This document shows, one piece after another, positions 23,537 to 32,724 of a stretch of DNA of 64,000 bases; position 1 is the stretch's first letter, and each line of letters starts with the position of its first letter. The translations under genes were made by a program, and so were the position numbers. The notes beneath the pieces are model-generated. The model was not told where the DNA came from. It worked only from the letters and a program-made list of their open reading frames with translations, and did not search any database. Source of the DNA: an uncultured virus (IMG/VR IMGVR_UViG_3300030117_005941) (lineage: Duplodnaviria; Heunggongvirae; Uroviricota; Caudoviricetes); the IMG/VR virus record IMGVR_UViG_3300030117_005941, positions 1 through 64,000 of that record; one strand, 5' to 3'.

Positions 23537-23908
23537 ATGGCATCAACATTAACAGCACAAGTAAAAATAGATATTTCAGGAATAACTTCTGATCCTATTT
23601 CTGTAGATAAAACTTTAACTGCAACTAACATAGTAGCTGGAGGTATAAAAAGTAGATCAATTAATGATACTTCAGCAGCAGGAGAAACAGTAATAAGTTC
23701 TGGTGATTATAATGCAGGAACCATGGTTTATCTAAGAAATGCACATGCTTCAGAAACAATTTTTATAGAGTTATCAGCTAGTACAACAACTATACCTTTA
23801 GCAGCAGGTCAATGGGCTTTTTTCCCTTGGCAAGCAGGTGTTAGTTTAAAAGCGCATGCAGCAGCTAATACACCTATATTAGAGTGGGGAATATTTTCAG
23901 CAACATAG
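23537..23908 (+). CDS. Small paralogue family member 3
   Basis: MASTLTAQ...YLRN...GQWAFFPW...LEWGIFSAT. Confidence 0.75.
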   Translation: MASTLTAQVKIDISGITSDPISVDKTLTATNIVAGGIKSRSINDTSAAGETVISSGDYNAGTMVYLRNAHASETIFIELSASTTTIPLAAGQWAFFPWQAGVSLKAHAAANTPILEWGIFSAT

Positions 23909-23911
23909 ATT

Positions 23912-24196
23912 ATGGCAAAAGAACTATCAGAAGATTCAAAGTTTGAGATAAGTCTAAAGACACTTGGTGGAATAGGTTTTCTAATTACTACGCTAGTAAG
24001 TATGTGGTTTGTATTACAAGCAGATATTGCTGAAGCTAAAGAGTTACCAGCTCCTCCTGATCCTGAAGTTACTAGGATGGAGTTTCAGATGAAAGATGAG
24101 AACATAAGACTATCAATTAAAAACACAGAAGAGAATGTAAAAAAATTGGAAGATAGACTTATAAGGATAGAGGATAAAATAGATGACATGAAATGA
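23912..24196 (+). CDS. Membrane protein, single TM plus coiled coil
   Basis: TM LGGIGFLITTLVSMWFVL, Pro-rich linker, heptad C-terminus; ATGA overlap with the next gene. Confidence 0.65.
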   Translation: MAKELSEDSKFEISLKTLGGIGFLITTLVSMWFVLQADIAEAKELPAPPDPEVTRMEFQMKDENIRLSIKNTEENVKKLEDRLIRIEDKIDDMK

Positions 24197-24558
24197 AATG
24201 GATAGTTTTAATATGCCTAATGTTTTGTTATATATGCACTGGTCAACAGATGTTAACAGACAAAACATTTAGTGATAGCCAAGAGGGTGTAGCAGTTGTA
24301 GAGTTTTGGGCAGATTGGAATGCAAAAAATGAATGTACTTGGTTAGAGGATATAGAGGATGCAGATGTATATAGAATAGATCTTAATACAAATGCTGCTA
24401 AAGAAAACAAGATAACAGTACTACCAACTGTTATAGTATTTGATGATGGTGAAGAGGTTGAAAGATTTGAAGGAGATATATCTTTTAGTTTATGTCCAGA
24501 TAAAACACCTAAAAAAGTACAAAAAGAGATTAACGAATTAATATTAGATAAATTTTAA
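24193..24558 (+). CDS. Exported thioredoxin-fold protein without CxxC
   Basis: Signal-like N-terminus; VVEFWADWN in place of WCxxC; ITVLPTVIVF..GEEVERFEG cis-Pro region. Confidence 0.75.
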   Translation: MKWIVLICLMFCYICTGQQMLTDKTFSDSQEGVAVVEFWADWNAKNECTWLEDIEDADVYRIDLNTNAAKENKITVLPTVIVFDDGEEVERFEGDISFSLCPDKTPKKVQKEINELILDKF

Positions 24559-24559
24559 A

Positions 24560-24649
24560 ATGAAAAAATTTTTATGTAAATTATTATGTGTAGTTACTTT
24601 TAACTATGTGTGTTTAAAATGGTGTGGTACGTCATGCTGTAAAAAATAA
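24560..24649 (+). CDS. 29-aa peptide with six cysteines
   Basis: MKKFLCKLLCVVTFNYVCLKWCGTSCCKK*, starting 1 nt after the upstream stop and filling the gap; not in the ORF track. Confidence 0.6.
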   Translation: MKKFLCKLLCVVTFNYVCLKWCGTSCCKK

Positions 24650-24675
24650 TTGTAAATAAATAAATAAATAATAAT

Positions 24676-25041
24676 ATGGCAACTTTAACAAGTATATTAC
24701 AACTTTCAACAAGTGGTGTGGCTAAAGATGGTGTGAATATAACCTATTCTAACATAGCTAATGTTAAAAATCCTGCTATTCAAACTAGTACAGCAACTGT
24801 TGCAACAGGTGGTGATACAGATATTGTTACTCCTGCTTCTGATGCAGCAGCATATGTATATGTATGCAATAAAGATGCAACTAATTTTGTAAAGGTAAAA
24901 TTAGGAGGTAATGAATTGCTAAGAGTGGGTCCAGGAGAGGCTAACTTATTTTGTGTACACAGCAATAATGCATGTGCACTAAGAGCTGACACTGCTGAAT
25001 GCAAAGTTGAATTCGGATACTGGACATTTGACAAGTATTAA
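24676..25041 (+). CDS. Small paralogue family member 4 (MATLTS type)
   Basis: MATLTSILQLSTSG...IANVKNPA...N.DATNF...GPGE..FCVH...VEFGYWT. Confidence 0.75.
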   Translation: MATLTSILQLSTSGVAKDGVNITYSNIANVKNPAIQTSTATVATGGDTDIVTPASDAAAYVYVCNKDATNFVKVKLGGNELLRVGPGEANLFCVHSNNACALRADTAECKVEFGYWTFDKY

Positions 25042-25060
25042 TAAAAAATAATTATAAGAA

Positions 25061-25432
25061 ATGGGAACTTTAACAAGTGTAATTCAATTATCAACTTCTG
25101 GTATAGCAACGGATAGAGCAAGATTTAGTACATCTAAAATAGCTAACGTAAAAAATCCTGCTACACAAACAGGAGCTTTATCTATATCAACTATTACTAC
25201 AATAGCTACAGCACCTTCTGGAGCTACAGCTAGTGATGGTTTATATATGTATATACATAACACAGATGCAACTAACTTTTTAGTTGTAACATTTGGTTCT
25301 ACTAGCACCTTAAAGATTGGACCTGGAGAAACTAGTTTCTTCTGTGTTCATGACGGTATACTCGTAAAAGGTACTGCTAGTGCTGGAACTGTGAAGATAG
25401 AGTATGGTACTTGGACTTTAAGCAAATACTAA
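25061..25432 (+). CDS. Small paralogue family member 5
   Basis: Close paralogue of 24676..25041. Confidence 0.75.
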   Translation: MGTLTSVIQLSTSGIATDRARFSTSKIANVKNPATQTGALSISTITTIATAPSGATASDGLYMYIHNTDATNFLVVTFGSTSTLKIGPGETSFFCVHDGILVKGTASAGTVKIEYGTWTLSKY

Positions 25433-25436
25433 AAAC

Positions 25437-28400
25437 ATGAATAAATTTATACAAATATTAATTATATTTGTATTAGCCCCTTCTCTCTTGTTTTCACAAG
25501 AGTCTTGGATACATATACAATTGCAAACAGATCAGTATCCTAGTGAAACATCATGGGAGTTGTATGATATTAGTGGTGCTGCAATAGCTGTAAATGAACC
25601 GTTCTTATTACCAGAATTTTTACATGATACTGTAATAAGTATACCAGCAGGTGAATACATTATATCATTAAATGATACTTATGGTGATGGATTAGCTGGA
25701 TCTTTTTGGGGTGGCAATAACGGATGGTTTTCAATAAGCAACGCTTGTCAAGATAGTTTAATGTATGTAGAGGGTGCTTTTTACGAAGATTCACTACTAA
25801 CAACAGAACCTAGTGGACCAATATCTTTAGTAGATACTTTAACAATAGCACCTTGTGCTCCCCCTTTACAAGGTTGTACAGATGAATTAGCAGAAAACTT
25901 TAATGAAGATGCCTTAATTAATGATGGTAGTTGTACATATGTTTACGGATGTATAAATGAGTTTGCGTTTAATTATAATCCACTTGCAGCAGATATACCA
26001 ACAGGTATTATAACACCAGGTTCAACATGCAACTTGGTATCCTTTACTAATACTCACTTTGGAGTTGACCCCGAATTTTATTTACAATATCAAGATATTC
26101 TACAAATTGGTGCAAGAATATATGTTGGTGATAATGGACAGCAATGGTTTATAGATGCTGTGGCTTTTGATGGTGGAGGTTGTAATTCACCTACAACATT
26201 AATCTATGTAGTATCAACACAAGCAGAAGCAGATGGAAACCCTAATACAAATACTCCAGGTGTAAATGTAAATGCTGTAGTAGGAGAAACATGGCAGGTA
26301 GATCCTTGTATTTTTATTTATGGATGTACAGATCCAAATGCACTAAACTATAATGAAGAAGCAGGTATTGATGATGGATCTTGTATTAACATACCAGGTT
26401 GTACAGACCCAGAAGCAGCTAGTTATAACCCTGCAGCAACTACAGACGATGGTTCATGTAATGGAGGAGATATAACATGTACACCAGGTAAAACTTTAGT
26501 TACAGTTGAAATAATGGTAGATCAGTATGGTTGTGAAACTAGTTGGATAATATATGATCAGTATGGTGATGGAACACCTTTAGCAGAAGTAAATGATAAC
26601 ACAACGTATTGTGGTGTGCCAGTAGGTACTACAGTAGAATATCAAACTTGTATTGATGACAATACTAACATAATGTTTTGGTTACAAGACTCATATGGAG
26701 ATGGTCTTGGTGGAGCTCAATGGGGTGGTATAGATGGTACTTGGGCGGTATATACAGAATGTGGTGATACAATATCAGAAGGTATAGGTGATTTTGGAGA
26801 GCTTATAATTGATGTTGGTCAAGTAACACCATGTGCACCAGAGACTGTAGAAGGATGTACAAACAATGAGTATTTAGAGTTTAACCCTTATGCTAATGAA
26901 GATGACGGATCATGTGAAACAGAAAGAATATTTGGTTGTATAAATCCTGATGCTTTTAATTTTAACCCTGATGCAAATACACAACTATCAAACCCTAATT
27001 GTACAAATACATTAAGATTGACAGATTGGGCTGATAATGGTTGGGCAGGTTCATTTTTAGTAGTTACACAAGGTGATCAGTGGTGGGGACCTTTTACATT
27101 ACAAAGTGATCAGACAGTTTTTGAAACTGAAATTAATTTTAATACCAGTGAAATGGTTAAAGCTTATTTTTATTCTTTTGGTCAATCTCAACAAACAACA
27201 GAACAATGCAGCTTTGAAATAATTAATCCTATAGGGGATATTATATTAGAAGGTGGAACTAACCCTTACACAAATCCAATACTCTCTTATAACCAGTATA
27301 ACTTTCTATATCAAGGTCAAGCTCTGTGTGGTAATAACTGCATTCCTAAAATTTATGGTTGTTTAGATTTAGAAGCGGTTAACTTTGACCCAATAGCAAA
27401 TACAAGCAGTAATGACTGTTATTACAATCCTGGTTGTACTGATGCAGCTTATATTGAATATTATAATTATATAGAACAAAATGCAATAGAAGCAGATTTT
27501 GATAATGGAACATGTGAAGTATATGCTATATTTGGTTGTATAGATGAAACAGCGTATAATTATAATGAACTAGCAACAGTTAATCAAGTGGCTGTTGAAG
27601 ATGAAACAGATCCTTGTATACCAACCATTTTAGGTTGTACAGACCCATTAGCATTTAACTATGATCAAGAAGCAAATACTCTAGAACCAGGATCATGTGA
27701 GCCTGTTATTAATGGTTGTACAGACTCTGCTGCGTTTAACTATGATGAAGATGCTAACACAGATAATGACTCTTGTATAGAAATAGTATACGGTTGCACA
27801 GATGATGAAGCATTTAACTATTATCCAGATGCAAATGTAGATGATGATTCTTGTGAACCGGTAATTGAAGGTTGTACACAGTCAAATCAATTTAATTACA
27901 ACGAGCTAGCTAACACAGATGATGGTTCTTGTTATCCTTTTGTATATGGTTGTTTAAATCCAAACTCTTATACATATAATGATTATGATAATGATGGTGT
28001 TGGTAATCCTATAACAGGAATAAATGGTGTAGATGTTAATACAAATAATAATTTATGTGAACCTTTTATTTATGGTTGTTTAGATGAAACAGCATTTAAC
28101 TACAATTCAGAAGCTAACACAGCAGATGAAAATAATCCATGTGAACCATTTATATATGGTTGTATGGATCCAACTCAATTCAATTATGATGTTAACGTAA
28201 ATACTGACGATGGTTCTTGTATAGAATTTGCATATGGTTGTACAGACCCAGAAGCATTTAACTATGATGAAACAGCAAATACAAATGTTGGTTGTATATC
28301 ATTTGTTTATGGTTGTACAAATCCAGACGCCTTTAATTATAACCCACAAGCTAATACAGAAGATAATAGTTGTGAAGCTGTAGTTATTGGATGTACAGAT

Positions 28401-29303
28401 TCTACAGCAAACAATTATGATGAGAATGCTAATACTAATAATGGTTGTATATATCCAGTATATGGTTGTACTGATGAGGAAGCATTTAATTATAACTCTA
28501 ATGCTAACACAGATGATGGTTCATGTATACCTTTAATTTATGGGTGTACAGATAATACAATGTTTAATTATAATTCAGAAGCAAATACTGAAAATGGTAG
28601 TTGTATAGAATTTATATATGGTTGTATGGATTCAACAGCGTTTAATTATGATCCAACAGCTAACACAGATAATAGTTCATGTATCCCCATAATTGAAGGT
28701 TGCACTGATCCAAGTGCATTTAATTATAATGCAGATGCAAATACAGAAGACTTTTCATGTATTGAAGTTGTTATAGGTTGTACAGATCCAGATGCAATAA
28801 ATTATGACCCTTTAGCAAACACAGATTCAGGAGCTTGTATAGATGTATTAACAGGTTGTACTGATGTAAATGCATATAATTATAGTTTAACAGCTAATAC
28901 AGATGACGGTTCATGTGTTTATGATGCAGGATGTAGTGGAGGACCAGGAGAACCATATTGGTTACCTAATGAATGTTTTGCATGGGTAATATCAGTAGAT
29001 GATGAATGTTGTAATGGTCAATGGGATTCATATTGTGTAGAATTATATAATTATTGTGATTTAGGTTGGCCTATTGATTTAATAGAATCTTCTTCTGAAT
29101 TATTGATTTATCCTAATCCAGTAATTGATATATTAAATATAAATCAAGAAATTGATGTAAAATTATATGATATGGTAGGAAATTTAGTAATTTCTAAAGA
29201 AAACATAACACAAATAGATATGACTAATTTACCAAGTGGTATTTACAATTTAAATATAAACCACAATAATAAAATAATAAATAATAAAATTATAAAACAA
29301 TAA
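25437..29303 (+). CDS. Secreted Cys/Asp-rich repeat protein with a T9SS type A C-terminal sorting domain
   Basis: Sec signal ending ...LLFS-QE; about 25 GCxDxxAxNYxxxANxDDGSC repeats; C-terminal LIYPNP...LYDMVGNLV...IDMTNLPSGIY...KIIKQ. Confidence 0.85.
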   Translation: MNKFIQILIIFVLAPSLLFSQESWIHIQLQTDQYPSETSWELYDISGAAIAVNEPFLLPEFLHDTVISIPAGEYIISLNDTYGDGLAGSFWGGNNGWFSISNACQDSLMYVEGAFYEDSLLTTEPSGPISLVDTLTIAPCAPPLQGCTDELAENFNEDALINDGSCTYVYGCINEFAFNYNPLAADIPTGIITPGSTCNLVSFTNTHFGVDPEFYLQYQDILQIGARIYVGDNGQQWFIDAVAFDGGGCNSPTTLIYVVSTQAEADGNPNTNTPGVNVNAVVGETWQVDPCIFIYGCTDPNALNYNEEAGIDDGSCINIPGCTDPEAASYNPAATTDDGSCNGGDITCTPGKTLVTVEIMVDQYGCETSWIIYDQYGDGTPLAEVNDNTTYCGVPVGTTVEYQTCIDDNTNIMFWLQDSYGDGLGGAQWGGIDGTWAVYTECGDTISEGIGDFGELIIDVGQVTPCAPETVEGCTNNEYLEFNPYANEDDGSCETERIFGCINPDAFNFNPDANTQLSNPNCTNTLRLTDWADNGWAGSFLVVTQGDQWWGPFTLQSDQTVFETEINFNTSEMVKAYFYSFGQSQQTTEQCSFEIINPIGDIILEGGTNPYTNPILSYNQYNFLYQGQALCGNNCIPKIYGCLDLEAVNFDPIANTSSNDCYYNPGCTDAAYIEYYNYIEQNAIEADFDNGTCEVYAIFGCIDETAYNYNELATVNQVAVEDETDPCIPTILGCTDPLAFNYDQEANTLEPGSCEPVINGCTDSAAFNYDEDANTDNDSCIEIVYGCTDDEAFNYYPDANVDDDSCEPVIEGCTQSNQFNYNELANTDDGSCYPFVYGCLNPNSYTYNDYDNDGVGNPITGINGVDVNTNNNLCEPFIYGCLDETAFNYNSEANTADENNPCEPFIYGCMDPTQFNYDVNVNTDDGSCIEFAYGCTDPEAFNYDETANTNVGCISFVYGCTNPDAFNYNPQANTEDNSCEAVVIGCTDSTANNYDENANTNNGCIYPVYGCTDEEAFNYNSNANTDDGSCIPLIYGCTDNTMFNYNSEANTENGSCIEFIYGCMDSTAFNYDPTANTDNSSCIPIIEGCTDPSAFNYNADANTEDFSCIEVVIGCTDPDAINYDPLANTDSGACIDVLTGCTDVNAYNYSLTANTDDGSCVYDAGCSGGPGEPYWLPNECFAWVISVDDECCNGQWDSYCVELYNYCDLGWPIDLIESSSELLIYPNPVIDILNINQEIDVKLYDMVGNLVISKENITQIDMTNLPSGIYNLNINHNNKIINNKIIKQ
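27340..28920 (+). repeat. Tandem array of ~25-aa Cys-rich coding repeats
   Basis: Recurrent GGTTGTA...TTTAA(C/T)TA...GC(T/A)AA(C/T)AC DNA units. Confidence 0.9.
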
Positions 29304-29322
29304 CGCCTTTTAAAATAAATAT

Positions 29323-29331
29323 ATATTTATT
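29323..29331 (+). promoter_or_regulatory. Block B promoter-like motif ATATTTAT(A/T)
   Basis: First of six intergenic copies, each shortly before a start codon. Confidence 0.55.
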
Positions 29332-29351
29332 AAGGAACAACATTATAAAAA

Positions 29352-30521
29352 ATGGCAAATAATAAACTTTACGGATATACTCCTACAACTTCAAAAGAAA
29401 AAGAAGGTAATAGATTAGACCAATATAATCCATACGAATTTAGAAAAGGTATGGATTATGAATTAACTTCTATGGGATGCATGAGACTAGCAGAATCTAC
29501 TATTGAAGAAAGAGAAAAAGCTACAGAATCTGTTCTTAAAAATTTAGAAAGTCACCCTGCTTATTATTCAGGTTTAATACAATTTGAAGCAGGAATGAAC
29601 CATGCGGGTAAAATTGATGGTAAAAATTTTAAAACTTGGCTTAAAGATCATTTTGAAGTAAATAAAATGCAAGAAATTCAAAATGGATTTGATAGAAAAA
29701 ATGTTACTTCAGATGTAAGAGCTAAAAGTTTAAAAACACCAAAATTTGATGATCAAATGACTGAACCTAAAGGATACAATAAAAAAGATTACACAACTCC
29801 TTTTGAAACAAAACCTTCTCCTTTAAAAGAAGAACAACTTAGAAAAACAATTAGAAATGAAGCTTTAAAAATTCTTAAAGAACAAGATGAAGAAGAATTT
29901 GACGCTGATGTTGATAAAGCAGATAAAGCAGCTACTAAAGCTGCTAAAAAATCAAAATCAAGTAATAGATTTGATTTAGAAAGAGAAGCAATTAAAGACT
30001 TATTATATAGAGGTAAAAAAGGAAAAGAAAGCGAATATACAGAAGAAGAACCAGCTCCTAAAAGTATTCTTGATATAAAAAATCAAATGTTAGATTTATA
30101 TAAAAATAAATTTAAAGGAAAAGAAGGAGGTGTAGATGACTATAATGCAGAACTAAAAAAAGTAAATGAAAAATTTAAAAAAATATTAGAAAAGCATGTA
30201 AAAACTTTTGGTGAAGAAGGAAAAGGTAACAATGTTACTTTAAATATTGTATATGGAGAAAAATTACCTGATACTATTAAATTGTTAGGTGCAAGACTAA
30301 AAGCTTTAGAAAAAGAAGAAGAAGAAGATATAGTATCAGCAAATGAATTAAGACGTGAAGTAGCAAAAACAGATATGACACGTGAACAACATATTAAACT
30401 TCTTGAAATAATTAAAAAACATGGTGTCTCTTTAAGAGAAGGAGCTATGGGTGTTAAGCAATATTATAATATAGCAAAAGAAGCATATTTAGAAGGTGTT
30501 GCAAACGGTTTAAAAATATAA
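29352..30521 (+). CDS. Hypothetical charged protein, probable internal head protein
   Basis: NPYEFRKGMDYEL...VLKNL..HPAYYS N-domain; LKEEQLRKTIRNEALKILKEQ motif. Confidence 0.6.
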   Translation: MANNKLYGYTPTTSKEKEGNRLDQYNPYEFRKGMDYELTSMGCMRLAESTIEEREKATESVLKNLESHPAYYSGLIQFEAGMNHAGKIDGKNFKTWLKDHFEVNKMQEIQNGFDRKNVTSDVRAKSLKTPKFDDQMTEPKGYNKKDYTTPFETKPSPLKEEQLRKTIRNEALKILKEQDEEEFDADVDKADKAATKAAKKSKSSNRFDLEREAIKDLLYRGKKGKESEYTEEEPAPKSILDIKNQMLDLYKNKFKGKEGGVDDYNAELKKVNEKFKKILEKHVKTFGEEGKGNNVTLNIVYGEKLPDTIKLLGARLKALEKEEEEDIVSANELRREVAKTDMTREQHIKLLEIIKKHGVSLREGAMGVKQYYNIAKEAYLEGVANGLKI

Positions 30522-30540
30522 AATATAAAAATAAATAGTT

Positions 30541-30690
30541 ATGAATTGGATAAATAGTTGGAGAGAAGGTAATAAAAAAAATATTGTCGACTTTACATTA
30601 AGATTTGGAGTATTAACTCTATTTGAACTTAAGTGGAATCCCGGAATTAAGTTTAGATTATTAATATTAAATTTTGGGATTGAATTATAA
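30541..30690 (+). CDS. Hypothetical 49-aa protein
   Basis: MNWINSWREGNKK...FRLLILNFGIEL*, fills the intergenic gap; not in the ORF track. Confidence 0.65.
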   Translation: MNWINSWREGNKKNIVDFTLRFGVLTLFELKWNPGIKFRLLILNFGIEL

Positions 30691-30724
30691 GACTATAAGC
30701 TAATAATATTAAAATTAAATAAAG

Positions 30725-31174
30725 ATGAATTTAACAGAATTAAAAAAAATGGTTAAAGAAGAATATAATAAATTCTTAGAACAAGATATGCCTGACATGC
30801 CTGACATGCCTCAACCATCAGCAGGTATGGAAGATCCTACAATAGCAGTATCTGACAATGACATAGATCTTGATGGAGGAGAAAATCCAGAAGATACTTT
30901 ACGTGCAATTTTTGACATGCTAAAAGATTTTTTTGAAGGAGATGATAAACCTGCTCCTAAAGCACCTAAAGCTAATAATAAAAAAGATGATGATAAAGGT
31001 GATGACAAAAAAGATGATGATAAAAAAGATGATGATAAAAAAGATGATGATAAAAAAGATGATGTCAAAGAATCATATAATAGAAAATTTAGAAGAAAAA
31101 TTTCTCCTAATAAATCTAATGATATGAAAATTTTACAAGAAAGGTTTAAAAAATTAGCTAATATTATAAAATAA
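30725..31174 (+). CDS. Acidic low-complexity protein, probable prohead scaffold or internal protein
   Basis: LTELKKMVKEE N-terminus, KKDDD repeats, LQERFKKLANI C-terminus. Confidence 0.6.
   Translation: MNLTELKKMVKEEYNKFLEQDMPDMPDMPQPSAGMEDPTIAVSDNDIDLDGGENPEDTLRAIFDMLKDFFEGDDKPAPKAPKANNKKDDDKGDDKKDDDKKDDDKKDDDKKDDVKESYNRKFRRKISPNKSNDMKILQERFKKLANIIK
30980..31063 (+). repeat. 15-bp coding tandem repeat AAAAAAGATGATGAT (KKDDD)
   Basis: About five imperfect copies visible. Confidence 0.9.
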
Positions 31175-31178
31175 TATT

Positions 31179-32420
31179 ATGACTCTTGATGAGTTATTAT
31201 TAGAATGGTCTTATAGGTCAGAAAAGGGGTATCCATCTTTGGATAGCCCTTCTGATATCTTTACTCTTAAACAAATTTTAGAAAAATTAAAATTACCTTC
31301 TAATAAAATTATTAATAATTTAAAAGAAGGTACTAAAGCATCTAATAGTAGAAATGCTATAGCTAAAATAGTAGATTCTCCTGAAGGAAAAGAATCAGGT
31401 TTAACTACTATGTCAAATGTTTATAGAGTAGGTAATCAAAAAAAGATTGATAAAGATAAATTTATGGAAATTATAATTTCTCTTTTCAATAATCCTCAAA
31501 TTACAATTCATGAACCTAAATCAGGTCCTAATAAAAGTTCAAAATATAATATGTTTGAATTTGAAACTGAAGAAGGTCAAGTACAAATAGTTTTAGCAGG
31601 TGGAGCTAATGAAGGAGAAGTTTATGAACAAGATCTTTTAACTAAAATACAAGGATCTGTTGGTTTTCCTATGGACGAAATAGAATTTCCTGATATTCAA
31701 AAATTATTTACAACTATAGGTATTGATCCTGAAGATCTTACCCCTGATGATGCTGAATTTATGGGAGCTGCAGATACAAAAAGACAATTATCATTTGAAG
31801 GACCTACAGATTTAGGATCTAAAGTAGCAGATCTTGTAATACATGCTGAACAAGATATTTATTTATCTATAAAAAATAGAAAGGGTTCTGGAATATATAA
31901 TGGAGGAAATGTTCCTTTTGTTTATTTAAATGATGAAGGTCAAGCTATATTTGATGAAAGTAAATATAATGAAAAACCATTATTTAAAGAAATATTTGAA
32001 GCTTGTGGTATTGACCCACAAAGAATGGCAGATGGTTTAAATGCTTATATTAATGGAGAAGGAGAAAAAGGAGAATGGGAACCATCATCTGGTGTAGATG
32101 TAAATAAAATAAGAAATTTACTAGCATCTTCATTTGGATATAACTATTGGTATGTAAGAGAAAAATCAGGTGGTGAAATATTTGTTCATTATATAGATGG
32201 TGAACAAGGAGCTTATGATATGGTAGGAGAATTGAATGAAAATGCAGTACAAATAAAATATCCAGGTACTACATCTAAAAATTTAGATGTAGTTATTGAA
32301 ACTAATAGTCCTGTTTTTCAACAAGATGAAGGAAAAGTACCTTTAAAATACCAAATAGTCATAAGAAACGCATCAGGTAAAATCCTTCCTGCAAGGCTTA
32401 ACATAAGAACCAATAAATAA
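31179..32420 (+). CDS. Putative PD-(D/E)xK (restriction-endonuclease-like) protein with N-terminal leader
   Basis: GEVYE helix and KVADLVI...YLSIK motif; leader LLEWSYRSEKGYP...LKEG. Confidence 0.5.
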   Translation: MTLDELLLEWSYRSEKGYPSLDSPSDIFTLKQILEKLKLPSNKIINNLKEGTKASNSRNAIAKIVDSPEGKESGLTTMSNVYRVGNQKKIDKDKFMEIIISLFNNPQITIHEPKSGPNKSSKYNMFEFETEEGQVQIVLAGGANEGEVYEQDLLTKIQGSVGFPMDEIEFPDIQKLFTTIGIDPEDLTPDDAEFMGAADTKRQLSFEGPTDLGSKVADLVIHAEQDIYLSIKNRKGSGIYNGGNVPFVYLNDEGQAIFDESKYNEKPLFKEIFEACGIDPQRMADGLNAYINGEGEKGEWEPSSGVDVNKIRNLLASSFGYNYWYVREKSGGEIFVHYIDGEQGAYDMVGELNENAVQIKYPGTTSKNLDVVIETNSPVFQQDEGKVPLKYQIVIRNASGKILPARLNIRTNK

Positions 32421-32455
32421 TTTGGTTTTTCAAAATTCCCTTATTACATATAAAT
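32421..32455 (+). promoter_or_regulatory. Possible early/middle promoter (TTTGG...TTATTACATAT)
   Basis: TTTG resembles the Bacteroidota -33 element; a similar arrangement occurs at ~55382-55412 before the primase. Confidence 0.3.
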
Positions 32456-32473
32456 TAATAAATAAAAATAATT

Positions 32474-32710
32474 ATGAAATATTCAAGACAAGTACAAGGA
32501 GCTCTTAATAGATTAGATCAAACCCTATTAGCTCTTAATAGATTAGTTAAAGAAGGCAAACAAACAGAAGCTATTCAATTTATGGAACAAGGAGCATTAA
32601 AAGATGCTTTTGAAGACTTACAAAATATAATTACAGTAGCAGGAGGACCAGGAAATACAGCAGATATGGGAGCTAGAGGTACAAATCAAGCAGGTACATT
32701 TAGAGAATAA
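32474..32710 (+). CDS. Hypothetical protein
   Basis: 78-aa ORF with A-rich leader. Confidence 0.6.
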   Translation: MKYSRQVQGALNRLDQTLLALNRLVKEGKQTEAIQFMEQGALKDAFEDLQNIITVAGGPGNTADMGARGTNQAGTFRE

Positions 32711-32724
32711 TAAAAAAATAGGTT

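Noticed and set aside
27340..28920. CRISPR array or DGR template/variable repeats
   Set aside because: The repeats are degenerate, in-frame and protein-coding, with no adenine-specific mismatch pattern evident and no cas or reverse transcriptase gene in the window
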